Notes: generated from the letters alone by a model not told the origin. DNA of 64,000 bases from Leptolyngbyaceae cyanobacterium (GCA_965263355.1 CBDHHL010000032.1:832001-896000); one strand, 5' to 3'. Numbered from the stretch's first letter, positions 45,119 to 56,347 are shown. Program-made: numbers and translations.

Positions 45119-48100
45119 GTGTCCCAATCTTTTTTTCTCGGTCGTACTCAAGAGCAAGATCAGTTTCGGCGGGTGCTGGAGCAATATGTGCCGCTGTCAT
45201 GGGCGCAGCGGCAGTTGCCAACCCTTTCGCGTCCCTTTACTAAGGTCCGTAGTCTGCCGGAGCACCCCTATATTTTCTTAGTGTACGGCCCAGGTGGTAT
45301 GGGTAAGACTACGTTGACCAAACGATTAACTTGGCTCGCGGATAAAGAATTTAAGCACCAATTTCAAACTGTTTTTCTAGACTGGGAGCGCGAACAAGGG
45401 CTAGAGCCACGGTTGCGGGAGGGATATGACAATATTCAGCCAGAAACAATACTTGATATTCTGCACAAGCAACTGGAAAAACAGCTTTCTAATTATACGG
45501 GTAAGACCTATAGTACAGCCCGTGAGAAGTTACGCGAAGTTGAAAGCAAGGTGGAAAAGGCACTACAAAGTCAGACACCAGAGCAGGGGCTGAATAATGA
45601 TGTACTGAAGTTAGGTGGAAAAGGCATTGCCTGGATTATTCGCCAGCAGACAGGGCTAAATCTGGTCAAACCAGAGGATATTGAACGGGTTCTTAAAGTA
45701 AGTGCTGAGGGACTACACCAGATAACACGATTTGTTGATAAAGCATTAGATTCAGAGGAGCGCATCTTATATCAACAACCCCATGAGCAGCTGGCTGAGA
45801 CCTTGGGGAAAGAAATTCAGAAAATTAGTCAGCGGCAATCACTTGTATTATTTCTGGATACTTACGAAATTGTAGATCGCCGAGCCTGTGACTATACGCT
45901 GCGTCAGGTGATCCGCACAGCTGGTAATAGAGCGATTTGGGTAATTTCAGGGCGTTCAAATTTAGCAGAGAGTGGGCGACGGGGAGATCGACCATTTAAT
46001 GGCTACAGTCGTGATTTTTCAGGAGATTGTTTATCGGTCAATAAACTAAACGAGTTTAGTCGTCAGGAGGTGAATGACTATTTTAACCATATGGTGCCAG
46101 ATAAACCTCTAGATGACGACCAAGCTCAAGCAGTTGCTGACTTTAGCCAAGGCATCCCATTTGTGGTGGATAGAGCGGCTGTGATGTATCGTGAAGGCAA
46201 GCCAATTGAAGAGATCGTTGAACCTGTTACCGCTGAGCTAGGAAAGACGACTGCCCGAGATGCAGTGATTCGAGCGACGTGTGAGCGTTTTTTAGTGCAT
46301 TGCTTTGAGCAATCAGATGAGGCAAATAAACAAAACGATCTGCGGGTAATTTATGCCTTAGCGATGATGCGTCGTCCCTATGCGGAGCTGCTGCGGGAGA
46401 TGGTAGACGAGGCGAACAGCCTGGAAAATCGACTGGAAATATTGCAGGAACGGTATGGATTTTTAGAAGTGGAAGAAATTCATCTAGATGAAAAGCTGGC
46501 TAACTTTTTGCGAGATTATTTGCGTCAAGAGGTCCGACGAACTGATCCATTAGTACAAGCAATTAATGAGACTGCCATCGCATGGTTAGATTTAAAGCTT
46601 GAGTCTACCAGTAAAGGCATTACGGATACGGCTGATTTATATACGGAAGAAAGTTTGTCCGAGCTGATGCTGGATCGGGTGCATCATGCATTTTGGCAAG
46701 GAGAAGAGACCTTTTGGCGTTATTTTGTACCTCGATTTATTGAGGCGTGGCAGTACAGCCAGACTTGGGCGCAGCGGGCACTAGAGGTGGCAGATACATT
46801 TGCGCTAAACAATAAAGATGGTCAAAAAAGGCTGCAGTGGATGGCGGCTGTCTTAAACAAGGAAACACGATTAGAGGCGACACCTAAATTATTAGATGAC
46901 CTGGTAAGAGTAGAACGCCGTCAATGGTTGCAGCCTGAACACAGTCTAATTTTGCAGTTTCAGCACGGGCGTTTGTATTACTTGCAAGATCAAAATCAGC
47001 TTGCTTTGAACAGCTACTCTAGTCTAGAAAATAAGTTGTTGTCAGACACCCAACAATTGAAACAAGATTTAGCTGAGGCACTCTATTTTCTTAGTGGAGA
47101 ATTTATTTGGCCGAATGGGGCTACAGACGCCGTTTATTCAGAACCTGGAGAAATTGCTATTCGAAACTCATTAGCATTGCATCCTAAGCCAATGAGTTCT
47201 TATTACTATCGTCAGGCAGCAGTTTTACATAGTGCAAAACGCTATACAGAGGCAGTTTCAAGTTTTAAACAAGCGATTCAAATTGATCCATCTGATGCAC
47301 AAAGCTACTATGGTTTGGGTGTAACGTACAACGCTCAGAAACGCTATGACGACGCGATCGCAAGTTACCAGAAAGCGATTGAGATAGACCCGTCCTATGC
47401 AACGGCTCACAACAATTTGGGGAGTACGTACAACGATCAGAAACGCTATGACGACGCGATCGCAAGTTACCAGAAAGCGATTGAGATAGACCCGTCCGAT
47501 GCAATGGCTCACAACAATTTGGGGAATACGTACAACGATCAGAAACGCTATGACGACGCGATCGCAAGTTACCAGAAAGCGATTGAGCTAGACCCGTCCT
47601 ATGCAACGGCTCACAACAATTTGGGGATTACGTACAACGCTCAGAAACGCTATGACGACGCGATCGCAAGTTACCAGAAAGCGATTGAGATAGACCCGTC
47701 CGATGCAAAGGCTCACTACAATTTGGGGATTACGTACAAAGCTCAGAAACGCTATGACGACGCGATCGCAAGTTACCAGAAAGCGATTGAGATAGACCCG
47801 TCCGATGCAATGGCTCACAACAATTTGGGGATTACGTACAATGATCAGAAACGCTATGACGACGCGATCGCAAGTTACCAGAAAGCGATTGAGCTAGACC
47901 CGTCCGATGCAAAGGCTCACAACAATTTGGGGATACGTACAACGCTCAGAAACGCTATGACGACGCGATCGCAAGTTACCAGAAAGCGATTGAGATAGAC
48001 CCGTCCGATGCAACGGCTCACAACAATTTGGGGATTACGTACAACGCTCAGAAACGCTATGACGACGCGATCGCAAGTTACCAGAAAGCGATTGAGATAG

Positions 48101-48947
48101 ACCCGTCCGATGCAACGGCTCACAACAATTTGGGGATTACGTACAACGCTCAGAAACGCTATGACGACGCGATCGCAAGTTACCAGAAAGCGATTGAGAT
48201 AGACCCGTCCGATGCAACGGCTCACAACAATTTGGGGAGTACGTATGAAGACGCTATGACGAAGCGATCGCTACCAAAAATTGAAGCTTATTGATTGAGC
48301 TCCCTATGCCTATCCTCATCGTAATTTAGGGGATGTTTATAAGGCACTTGAACAATATGAGGATGCGATCTCAAGTTACCAGAAAGCGATTGACTTAGAC
48401 CCTGACAAGCCTATTTTGAACTAGAATTAGGTAATGTATTGACCTATCACGGACAGTATGAGGATGCGATCTCAAGCTACCAAAAAGCCATTGAACTCAA
48501 TCCAGAATATGATTATGCCCATGATCGACTCGGCTGGGTTTCCTGTTAGATAATCAACTAGACAAGGCTAAACAAAGCTTTTGAGAAAGCTATTGAGATA
48601 GATGACAACAGATGTTAGTTCAAATTCAACTTAGTTATTTACCTACGACAAAACAATAACAATCTTGAAAAAGCACATGAACTATGGCAACAAGGCTTAG
48701 AATTAGTTGATGAAGATAGAGATTGGATAAAGCTCGTTCCCGTGCACTTTTACACATTTATCCTAGGCAAAAACAGAACAAGGCATGACTCATATGCAAT
48801 CCTAATAGTGCTAAGGTAGACATTGCAGCCTTAGAAAATGCCCTTGGCGATGCAGAAATCCTTGCCACCTGTCCTCAGCCCCCTGACCGCATCCAAGATA
48901 TGATTACCCTCCTCCGCAATGCCATCGCCCAACCATCAACCCAATAA
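45119..48947 (+). pseudogene. STAND-like P-loop ATPase + TPR protein, frameshifted in this sequence (true pseudogene or assembly error)
   Basis: FLGR, Walker A GPGGMGKT, Walker B LVLFLDTYE, GIP; 1-nt loss at ~47934 (GGATACG vs GGATTACG), more indels after 48240; broken TPR coding continues to ..LLRNAIAQPSTQ* at 48947. Confidence 0.8.
47324..48250 (+). repeat. Nine near-identical 102-bp TPR-coding tandem repeats plus a decayed tenth
   Basis: Units start ~47324, 47426, 47528, 47630, 47732, 47834, 47935, 48037, 48139; each has a HIP1 GCGATCGC. Confidence 0.95.
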
Positions 48948-49101
48948 AACGATGAATGTCGAATTCATTGGGTTGATCAAAGCACAGGCAACAGCAAAGA
49001 TTTTGGTAGGGTAGCAACCCAACCTACACATACTGCATTCTAAATTCCCATCTGTTAAAATTACCGATTACCCCTCCCCCCAACATTTCACAATTTGTTT
49101 C

Positions 49102-49130
49102 TTGACTCCCTAGATCAACTGCTCTACCGT
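49102..49130 (+). promoter_or_regulatory. Sense promoter of the leader/small-protein unit
   Basis: TTGACT-N17-TACCGT. Confidence 0.55.
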
Positions 49131-49159
49131 AAACAACAGGTCCACGAGACCTTCAGAAC

Positions 49160-49244
49160 TCAACCCCTTAGCGCTATCGACAGGTGCTACCAACACCCAC
49201 CGACAGCTAACCTAGCAAGCTGAACCAGCCAGCTTGAAGGCTAA
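49160..49244 (-). ncRNA. Candidate cis-antisense RNA (~80 nt, two hairpins)
   Basis: Minus-strand 14-bp stem GCUGUCGGUGGGUG/CACCUGUCGAUAGC, complete only through four G-U pairs; second stem CAAGCUG/CAGCUUG; promoter TTGCAA-N16-TACATT at 49277-49250. Confidence 0.55.
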
Positions 49245-49369
49245 TGTTAAATGTACCTTAGCCCTTCCAGTTTGCAACCCTTGCAGGACGGCTAAGGCTT
49301 GAGTTTTGGTCCATAGGCCAGGTAAACCATTACCTGGCCACCTATCCACCTACAAAAACGACCAAAACC

Positions 49370-49615
49370 ATGTTCCAAGACAACACCCAGGGCGCAGACG
49401 CGGCCAACATCCCCCCTGCCGCCAATACTCTCCCCGACCACCAGTTTGACATCGTCCGACACACCCTGTTCGGCACCCTAGACGCCGTCCAAAACACCAT
49501 CAAACTCCTCCACAAACTCAACTACGCCGACCCCAACGACTGGAGCCGCCCCCTACCCACCGGACGCGTCAACGAAGTCATGGCCATCTTGACCAAACGC
49601 GTCCGCGTAGACTAA
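49370..49615 (+). CDS. Small hypothetical protein, paralog of 15983-16330
   Basis: VRHTLFGTLDAVQNTIKLLHKLNYADPNDWSRPLP..EVMAILTK. Confidence 0.75.
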   Translation: MFQDNTQGADAANIPPAANTLPDHQFDIVRHTLFGTLDAVQNTIKLLHKLNYADPNDWSRPLPTGRVNEVMAILTKRVRVD

Positions 49616-49628
49616 TTCAAGACCTATC

Positions 49629-49662
49629 CCAGTAGGGACATTGCCTGCAATGCCCCTACTGG
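49629..49662. repeat. GTAG-type REP-like palindrome (copy 2)
   Basis: CCAGTAGGGACATTGC-CT-GCAATGCCCCTACTGG. Confidence 0.8.
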
Positions 49663-49738
49663 CAAACCCGTGGCATAGCCCCAGTAGCACGCCTATCCCT
49701 CACATTCGCCCAGATCGCTCTGAACGATTACCTGAGGC

Positions 49739-50539
49739 CTAAATCGCCTGCACAATTAAATCAACCGCACGCGGCTTACCAAAGGCAGCATGGTATCGGG
49801 TATAGTCCCCCGGCTGCTCGATGGTGCCCAGTTCTCGGTAAGTACCGCCAGCCCCTTCAATCAGCGCCTTAGTCGCAGCAATATCCCAAATCTTGAGGTT
49901 ATATTCGACCATTACCGCAACAGCACCGCGAATAGCGAGACCATGGGCATAAACATCGTAGTAAATGCGAGAATGAGGGTGAAACCGCAGAACCTTCCAT
50001 AAAACATCCGTATTGCCCCCGCGCTCAAACGTCGCTGGACAGTTGGTGGCAATAATATCCGTCGATGTTAGGGCAGGGCTTTCAAGATCGAGCAGTTGAA
50101 TCTGTTTACCATTGCGATAAGTGCCACAGGGTAAGCCCCCACGAAAACTCTCGCCCAATACCGGAAAATCAATCCACCCGAGGACAGGGTTACCTTGGTA
50201 CAACAGACCGATAATGGTGCCAAAGGTGGGAATCCGATTGATGAGATTTTGCGTGCCATCAATCGGATCAATGGTCCAAACAAACTCGGCGTCGCCATTT
50301 TCAGTGCCGTATTCTTCGCCAATGATGCCATGGTGCGGATAATGTTTACGGATTAGCGTCCGGGCTAATTCTTCGCACTTGAGGTCAACTTCACTGACTG
50401 GGGTGTTGTCCGCTTTGATTTGGGTACTAAAAGAGTTATCTTGCCACAACGTCAGAATCAGCTCACGGGTCTGGCTAAGCAGATCATCACCGACGCTCAG
50501 CAACTCCTGGTAGAAATCGTTTCCTGGTTGGTCCTTCAT
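49739..50539 (-). CDS. Inositol monophosphatase family (HisN-like)
   Basis: KADNTPVSEVD, GIIGEEYG, WTIDPIDGT, WDIAA. Confidence 0.85.
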   Translation of the reverse strand: MKDQPGNDFYQELLSVGDDLLSQTRELILTLWQDNSFSTQIKADNTPVSEVDLKCEELARTLIRKHYPHHGIIGEEYGTENGDAEFVWTIDPIDGTQNLINRIPTFGTIIGLLYQGNPVLGWIDFPVLGESFRGGLPCGTYRNGKQIQLLDLESPALTSTDIIATNCPATFERGGNTDVLWKVLRFHPHSRIYYDVYAHGLAIRGAVAVMVEYNLKIWDIAATKALIEGAGGTYRELGTIEQPGDYTRYHAAFGKPRAVDLIVQAI

Positions 50540-50687
50540 GGGCGGATATTCAGCGTGATTTAGGGTACTGCCAAAGGCTTATAGATACCAGCCTACCTGG
50601 GTATAACCCGAAAAAGACAATTATGTTTTCTCGGCAGCTAGGACGTTTACTTTATGATAAATTGACTCCCCCAATCCCCACTAAATA

Positions 50688-51716
50688 ATGCAAACGCTTA
50701 CCATCACCCGACCCGACGACTGGCATCTGCATGTGCGTGACGGGGCCATGCTAAAAGCGGTGTTGCCCCATACGGTGCGCCAGTTTGCCCGCGCCATCAT
50801 CATGCCAAACTTAAAGCCGCCAGTGCGGTCGGTGGCCGATGCAGCGGCCTATCGCGATCGCATCATCGCCGCCATGCCAATGGGCTCCCGGTTTGAGCCC
50901 TTGATGACCCTCTACCTCACCGATAACACAGACCCCTCAGAAATTATTGCGGCCAAGGCATCCCAGTTTGTCAAAGCGGTTAAGTATTACCCAGCTGGGG
51001 CAACCACCAATTCAGACTCTGGGGTAACGGATATTCGGAAATGCGATCGCGTCTTTGAGGCAATGCAACAGGCCAACTTACCGCTGTTACTCCATGGGGA
51101 AGTCACCGATAAACAGGTGGATGTGTTTGATCGCGAGAAACAATTTATCGAGCAACATTTAATTCCCCTGAGACAGCGATTTCCCAACCTACGTATTGTG
51201 CTTGAGCACATTACCACCTCAGATGCCGTAGCGTTTGTCCTGGCTAATAACAATATTGCAGCGACGATCACACCGCAGCATCTGTTGTTTAACCGCAATG
51301 TTCTCTTTCAGGGCGGTATTCGCCCCCATTTTTATTGTCTGCCAATTTTGAAACATGAGCACCATCGTCAGGCAATTTTGCAAGCCGCCACCTCCGGTAA
51401 TCCTAAGTTTTTTCTAGGGACCGATAGTGCGCCCCATGATCGCGATCGCAAAGAAACCGCCTGTGGCTGTGCAGGCTGCTACTCTGCTCTACATGCCATA
51501 GAGTTGTATGCAGAAGCGTTTGAGAGCGCTGATGCCCTCGATAAACTAGAGGCCTTTGCCAGTTTTCACGGCCCAGACTTTTACCAACTCCCCCGCAATA
51601 CTGAGCAAATCACCCTGGTCAAAACAACCTGGCGCATTCCTGAGCAATTGTCCCTGACCGACTCTCAACTTGTCCCCTTACGGGCAGGTGAAGAACTCCC
51701 ATGGCAGATGGTATAA
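50688..51716 (+). CDS. pyrC: Dihydroorotase (type II)
   Basis: [37 protein letters not shown]. Confidence 0.96.
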   Translation: MQTLTITRPDDWHLHVRDGAMLKAVLPHTVRQFARAIIMPNLKPPVRSVADAAAYRDRIIAAMPMGSRFEPLMTLYLTDNTDPSEIIAAKASQFVKAVKYYPAGATTNSDSGVTDIRKCDRVFEAMQQANLPLLLHGEVTDKQVDVFDREKQFIEQHLIPLRQRFPNLRIVLEHITTSDAVAFVLANNNIAATITPQHLLFNRNVLFQGGIRPHFYCLPILKHEHHRQAILQAATSGNPKFFLGTDSAPHDRDRKETACGCAGCYSALHAIELYAEAFESADALDKLEAFASFHGPDFYQLPRNTEQITLVKTTWRIPEQLSLTDSQLVPLRAGEELPWQMV

Positions 51717-51755
51717 CTGAACATATGCCATGCCTACAAATTTGTAAATTCAGCT

Positions 51756-52388
51756 ATGCTCCAAAGTCTAGCCATTTCTAAGAATATTCTGACAATGGCA
51801 GCTGTCCAAAAGCGGTTTGGCATAGTACCCAGTCCAGACCCAAAATTCTTTGCAGAATGGGTAAACGATTTACCTGAATTAACGTCTTTGGAAATAGATA
51901 CCCTTGACCAAATTAAGGCTAGATTTGATCGCCACAGAAATCAGGGACCGCTTGCCGAAGGCACGATTAATCAACTCCTGATTTCCCCTCTTCTTACCTT
52001 GGCCGCTCTGTACGATGAACCCTTTTTTGTCTCCACAGAGCCGAGTTTAGCAATCGAACTAAAAGACCAGGACGAAATCCTACGCGGACGGATTGATACG
52101 CTGATTGTTCAGCATCAGTTTTGGGTACTGGTGATTGAGTCTAAGTCAACCATTGCGTTTTCAATCGCCCTTCCTCAAGCAATGACGTATATGATGGCTA
52201 ACCCTCATCCAGAGCGTCCAGTTTATGGCCTCATTACCAATGGTGATGAGTTTATGTTTATTAAAATGTTGACCCAAGGGTTGCCTCAATACGATCTCTC
52301 TAATGTCTTCTCGTTAATCATCCCGCGCCGTAATCAACTGTATGAGATTCTCCAAATTCTCAAGCAAATTTGTCAGGTTATGAGTTAG
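51756..52388 (+). CDS. HsdR-N-like PD-(D/E)XK protein
   Basis: EGTINQLLISPLL, RGRIDTL..VIESK, PQAMTYM, YGLITNG..F.F.K. Confidence 0.7.
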   Translation: MLQSLAISKNILTMAAVQKRFGIVPSPDPKFFAEWVNDLPELTSLEIDTLDQIKARFDRHRNQGPLAEGTINQLLISPLLTLAALYDEPFFVSTEPSLAIELKDQDEILRGRIDTLIVQHQFWVLVIESKSTIAFSIALPQAMTYMMANPHPERPVYGLITNGDEFMFIKMLTQGLPQYDLSNVFSLIIPRRNQLYEILQILKQICQVMS

Positions 52389-52403
52389 TCAGGTAACAGT
52401 AAA

Positions 52404-52958
52404 ATGAACAATACCAATGTCCAACGTCTACCCAATTATATGTCCCAATTGCAGTGCGGATTGGGATGGGATGCTCAAGCCGAGATAGAACTAGATTTGG
52501 ATATGGCTGTTTTAGCCCTGGCCAGTAATGGGAAATTAGCCGCTGGGAAAGAAGGATTTATCTATGCAGGACATCCACGCCACCAATCAGGTGCAATCCA
52601 GCTACTTAATGACAATATTACGGGTGAAGGGGAGGGCGATGACGAGCAATTGCTGATCAGTTTATCAAGATTATCCACTGATATTACAAAACTTATGTTT
52701 GTTGTCAATATCGATTTTGGTGAAGAGCAGCAACAAGATTTTAGCCAGACCCAAAATGCGTTCTGGCGTCTCATAGATTGTTCTAGTCGACAGACCTTAC
52801 TACACCAGTCTTTGTCTAATGCCCAATGGCAAGGTATTACAACGCTTTTGGTCGCTGAGTTAGACCGTATAGATGATCATTGGCAACTTATCCCGTCTCT
52901 AGAACCCAGCCCCCAGAAAAATCTCAATGAACTCCTAAATGAATATAGTGAACAATGA
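52404..52958 (+). CDS. TerD-family stress protein
   Basis: GLGWD, DLD, DNITGEGEGDDE. Confidence 0.85.
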   Translation: MNNTNVQRLPNYMSQLQCGLGWDAQAEIELDLDMAVLALASNGKLAAGKEGFIYAGHPRHQSGAIQLLNDNITGEGEGDDEQLLISLSRLSTDITKLMFVVNIDFGEEQQQDFSQTQNAFWRLIDCSSRQTLLHQSLSNAQWQGITTLLVAELDRIDDHWQLIPSLEPSPQKNLNELLNEYSEQ

Positions 52959-53009
52959 ACAACTCTGTAGGGGCACTCCCTTGTGGATACCCTTCTATAC
53001 CGGGTGCTA

Positions 53010-53276
53010 TCAGTTCTGTTCCCATTCTCTTCTAGTGAGTTCACTAGGATTGCACGAATCGGCAATAACGTCTATTCCTAGCCGTAGATTGTCGGCTGCG
53101 ATTCGGTAAGCTAATCGATATCCCCCGCCTTCAACCTTTACACCACACAAGTCCCTAAGCCCTTGTTCAAGGGTATCAATCCGTAAGTGAACCGCATTGA
53201 TCCGCTGAGCAAGTCGTTTAGATAATGTGGTCTTGCCAGTTCCTGGTAATCCTGGAAATATGAATAATTTGGCCAT
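53010..53276 (-). pseudogene. Truncated AAA_33-type kinase
   Basis: GLPGTGKTT and DVIADSCNP present; ends after 88 aa where the repeat fragment 52954-53014 begins. Confidence 0.7.
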
Positions 53277-53491
53277 AGATTGTATCTGTCAGGAAAATTT
53301 AGTAAAAAAATATATTTAACCTCATCGTGACTTGGTATTCCTGGTCTTATCTGCCTGGAATTTAGCTAGATAGGATTGAGGTTATATTGAGGAGCTGTTT
53401 TGGGTTATTTAGCGTCTAGTTGAACAGCTCTTACCGGTGTGACGGTATGCTCCGTCAATCTTTAACGTTAAAAAATTATAAGGAAACACAA

Positions 53492-54214
53492 ATGCAAGTT
53501 CTTTCTCGTTTGCTGACGTCTACAAGCTGTGCGTTACTTGCGATCGCACCAGCCCTGCTGAGTCAGGCCGCTTTTCCCCAAGCTGCGTCAGCGACACCGG
53601 CTCAGTCAGCTGAGACCAACACTTCAGTACAGCTGGCTCAAAATACCCGACCAAAAATTACTGTTTTGCCCCTATCCCACGGTGACGTTAGTTCCGACTA
53701 TTGGTGGTACTACAGCTACTATCGCGGTCAGGGCGCTGCTCGTGGCATTAGCGAATTGCTGATCAACGAGCTGGTTAACGACGGTGCTTACTCAGTGGTT
53801 GACAGCAGTCAGTTTACAGTGCAGTCCGGCAATATTGTGGATGAAGGTGCAGCCTTAGACCAGGCTCAAGCCATGAATATCGATGCTGTGGTTGCTGGAA
53901 CCATCACCCAGTTTGACCTGCAAGATAACGAAAAATGTGTCAGAGTTCCCTTTGTAGGCCGTACCTGCAGTAGTGAAACCAATGCCACCGTTCAGCTCAA
54001 TGTGCGTTTAATTGATCCCGTTACCCGAGAGATTATTGCCACAGCCGAAGGGGAAGGTGCAGCCTCCCAAAGCGGCGGTTCCATTGACCTATACCGGGGT
54101 CCCGATGCCAGCTCTGATGACAATCGCGCCCTCGATGAATTGTTGACAGAAGCCACAGAGCAGGCCATCGACAAAATCGTACCTGAAATTACAGCCGCTG
54201 AATCCCGCTTTTAG
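53492..54214 (+). CDS. CsgG/HfaB-family secreted or outer-membrane protein
   Basis: Signal peptide from MQVL; ISELLINELV...YSVVD, VAGTITQF, VQLNVRLIDPVTREIIATAEGEG. Confidence 0.8.
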   Translation: MQVLSRLLTSTSCALLAIAPALLSQAAFPQAASATPAQSAETNTSVQLAQNTRPKITVLPLSHGDVSSDYWWYYSYYRGQGAARGISELLINELVNDGAYSVVDSSQFTVQSGNIVDEGAALDQAQAMNIDAVVAGTITQFDLQDNEKCVRVPFVGRTCSSETNATVQLNVRLIDPVTREIIATAEGEGAASQSGGSIDLYRGPDASSDDNRALDELLTEATEQAIDKIVPEITAAESRF

Positions 54215-54310
54215 GGTATCAGCGCAAAGCGAGACGCCCCCCTCGCCTTGCGAAACGACTCCCTTAAGAATGTAAAGTTCGGCATACTCTGCGAGAAGCG
54301 CAAAGCTCTA

Positions 54311-54392
54311 CGGAGTTCGGAATTCGGAGTACTTTTCGAGAAGGGCAAGCTCTAAAGAATGCGCTTCCCTTCCGAATTCCGAATTCCGAATT
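54311..54392. repeat. Heptamer tandem repeats in inverted arrangement (STRR-like)
   Basis: CGGAGTT CGGAATT CGGAGT ... TTCCGAA TTCCGAA TTCCGAA between convergent genes; other heptamer runs at ~2000, ~26605 and ~58405-58460. Confidence 0.7.
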
Positions 54393-54400
54393 TCTACCAA

Positions 54401-55993
54401 CTATCGAGCCATTACCCGCATGGTACCAGGATTACCTGGATTCCCATCAATGGCAACCATACGACCATTGGCATCCAGGTGTCGCACAATTTTATAGATC
54501 TCCTCCACCGCATCAGGACGACCCACCTTATCAGCAACCTCTGTCAGGGTGAGGGAGCCACCAGTTTTACTGAGCACATCCACCACCATGTTTTGTAAAT
54601 TCAGAATGCTAGCCGCTGCTTTTTTACCTGCTTCCACACCAGGCTGATGGTAAGCATTAATGTTGACCACCGCTGCGTATAGACTGACTGCCCGCTCATA
54701 TAGGGCAATTAGTGCACCCACTACAGTTGGTGTTACCTCAGGAATGGTAATCGTGATGGACTGCCGGTTGTTTTCAAACAAGGCCTTACGAGTACCTTGC
54801 AAAAAGCCTGAAAGATAATCACCAGATGTCACACCTGGATCAATTTCTGTCGAGTTACCGTCGCGATCCTTGAGCACCTCAATCAGGGTCACAAAGAAGT
54901 TATTCACCCCTTCACGCAGCTGCTGTACATAGGCATGCTGGTCAGTTGAGCCCTTATTGCCGTATACCGCAATCCCCTGAAATACCTGATTGCCATCTAG
55001 ATCAGTTTCTTTGCCCAAAGATTCCATAATCAGCTGCTGTAGATAGCGGCTAAACAGCAACAAACTGTCTTTATAGGGCAAAATCACCATGTCTTTCTCA
55101 CCCTTGCCATTGCCTGCGTGATACCAGGCTAACGCCATTAATGCCGCTGGGTTATTTTTGAGATCATGCACCCGTGTTGCCGCATCCATTTGCTTGGCAC
55201 CCGCTAGAATGGCACGAATATCAATACCCTGTAGCGCCGCAGGCAGCAACCCTACGGAAGATAGTTCAGAGGTGCGTCCACCCACCCAGTCTTGCATGGG
55301 AAACATGGCTAACCAATTGGCATCTTTGGCAACTTTATCCAGCTTACTGCCCCGCCCGGTGGTAGCTACTGCGTACTTTGAGAAGTCCAAACCGCGTTTT
55401 TCATAGGCGGCTTTGACCTCAAGCATGCCGTTGCGAGTTTCCGGAGTACCTCCAGATTTAGAAATGACCAATACCAAGGTGGTCTTTAGTCGGTCACCTA
55501 GCTTGGCTAAGGTCTTATCTACACCAGCTGGGTCTGTATTATCGATAAAGTTGATGGTTAACGACGGGTTTACTGCGCCGAGTGCTTCGGCAACAAACTC
55601 TGGCCCTAGGGCCGAACCACCAATGCCGATGGACAAGATATCGGTAAAGCGTTCCTCGCCAGGGGGCGTAATCGTAGCTGTATGAATTTGCTGGGTAAAA
55701 TTTTCTATATCGCGCAGGGTATTAACAATTTCGCTACGAAGATCATCATTGGGAGCCAGATCGGGATCCCGTAGCCAATAGTGACCGACCATGCGGTTTT
55801 CATCTGGATTTGCGATCGCACCTCCTTCCAATGCATCTATCGATTCAAACGCCTTTGCAAACCGAGGCGTCATCTCAGCTACAAAGGCATCGTCGAACGT
55901 TACACGACTGACATCCAAGTAGAATCCTAGGTCCTCATTGAAATAGAGCCAGTCTTGATATCGTTGCCACAACGCGGTCGCATCCATAGTCAC
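54401..55993 (-). CDS. pgi: Glucose-6-phosphate isomerase
   Basis: [45 protein letters not shown]. Confidence 0.96.
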   Translation of the reverse strand: MTMDATALWQRYQDWLYFNEDLGFYLDVSRVTFDDAFVAEMTPRFAKAFESIDALEGGAIANPDENRMVGHYWLRDPDLAPNDDLRSEIVNTLRDIENFTQQIHTATITPPGEERFTDILSIGIGGSALGPEFVAEALGAVNPSLTINFIDNTDPAGVDKTLAKLGDRLKTTLVLVISKSGGTPETRNGMLEVKAAYEKRGLDFSKYAVATTGRGSKLDKVAKDANWLAMFPMQDWVGGRTSELSSVGLLPAALQGIDIRAILAGAKQMDAATRVHDLKNNPAALMALAWYHAGNGKGEKDMVILPYKDSLLLFSRYLQQLIMESLGKETDLDGNQVFQGIAVYGNKGSTDQHAYVQQLREGVNNFFVTLIEVLKDRDGNSTEIDPGVTSGDYLSGFLQGTRKALFENNRQSITITIPEVTPTVVGALIALYERAVSLYAAVVNINAYHQPGVEAGKKAAASILNLQNMVVDVLSKTGGSLTLTEVADKVGRPDAVEEIYKIVRHLDANGRMVAIDGNPGNPGTMRVMAR

Positions 55994-56106
55994 CTCTCTA
56001 AGGCTGCAATTTTTTTTGTCACTAAACTATATTCACATTCAGCGCTGTCGTTTTTCGTATTGGAGAATTCAGAGTTTATGGCTTGAATGTGGTTTGAACC
56101 AAATGA

Positions 56107-56135
56107 ACTTAATGCACCGACTTAATGCACCGACT
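56107..56135. repeat. 13-bp tandem duplication
   Basis: ACTTAATGCACCG twice, in the pgi/ccs divergent intergenic region. Confidence 0.7.
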
Positions 56136-56347
56136 GTCAGTGTAGTGATCATTCCTCCTTAAGACCCCAAAATTCTTGAAGGATTTCACGATTCGTTGTG
56201 GAAACTGTAAACCACGTAACAGTCGAGTATCTTGTTTAGCCACACTTCTTGAGTAAAATTGTAATAACCGTCACACTCATGCACACTCATGGTTATTACA
56301 CAGCAAACTGCCCCCGTTAAACGACAGGGTCTTTAATCATCGTCATA

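Noticed and set aside
47258..48225. Minus-strand repetitive ORFs
   Set aside because: Antisense shadows of the TPR repeats
47324..48250. 102-bp array as a CRISPR array or DGR template/variable repeats
   Set aside because: No unique spacers, units are in-frame TPR codons, no cas or reverse transcriptase gene in the window, and the TAT/GAT site shows no adenine state
53492..54214. CsgG-like protein as the export pore for the alginate-type module
   Set aside because: About 15 kb away with no linkage evidence
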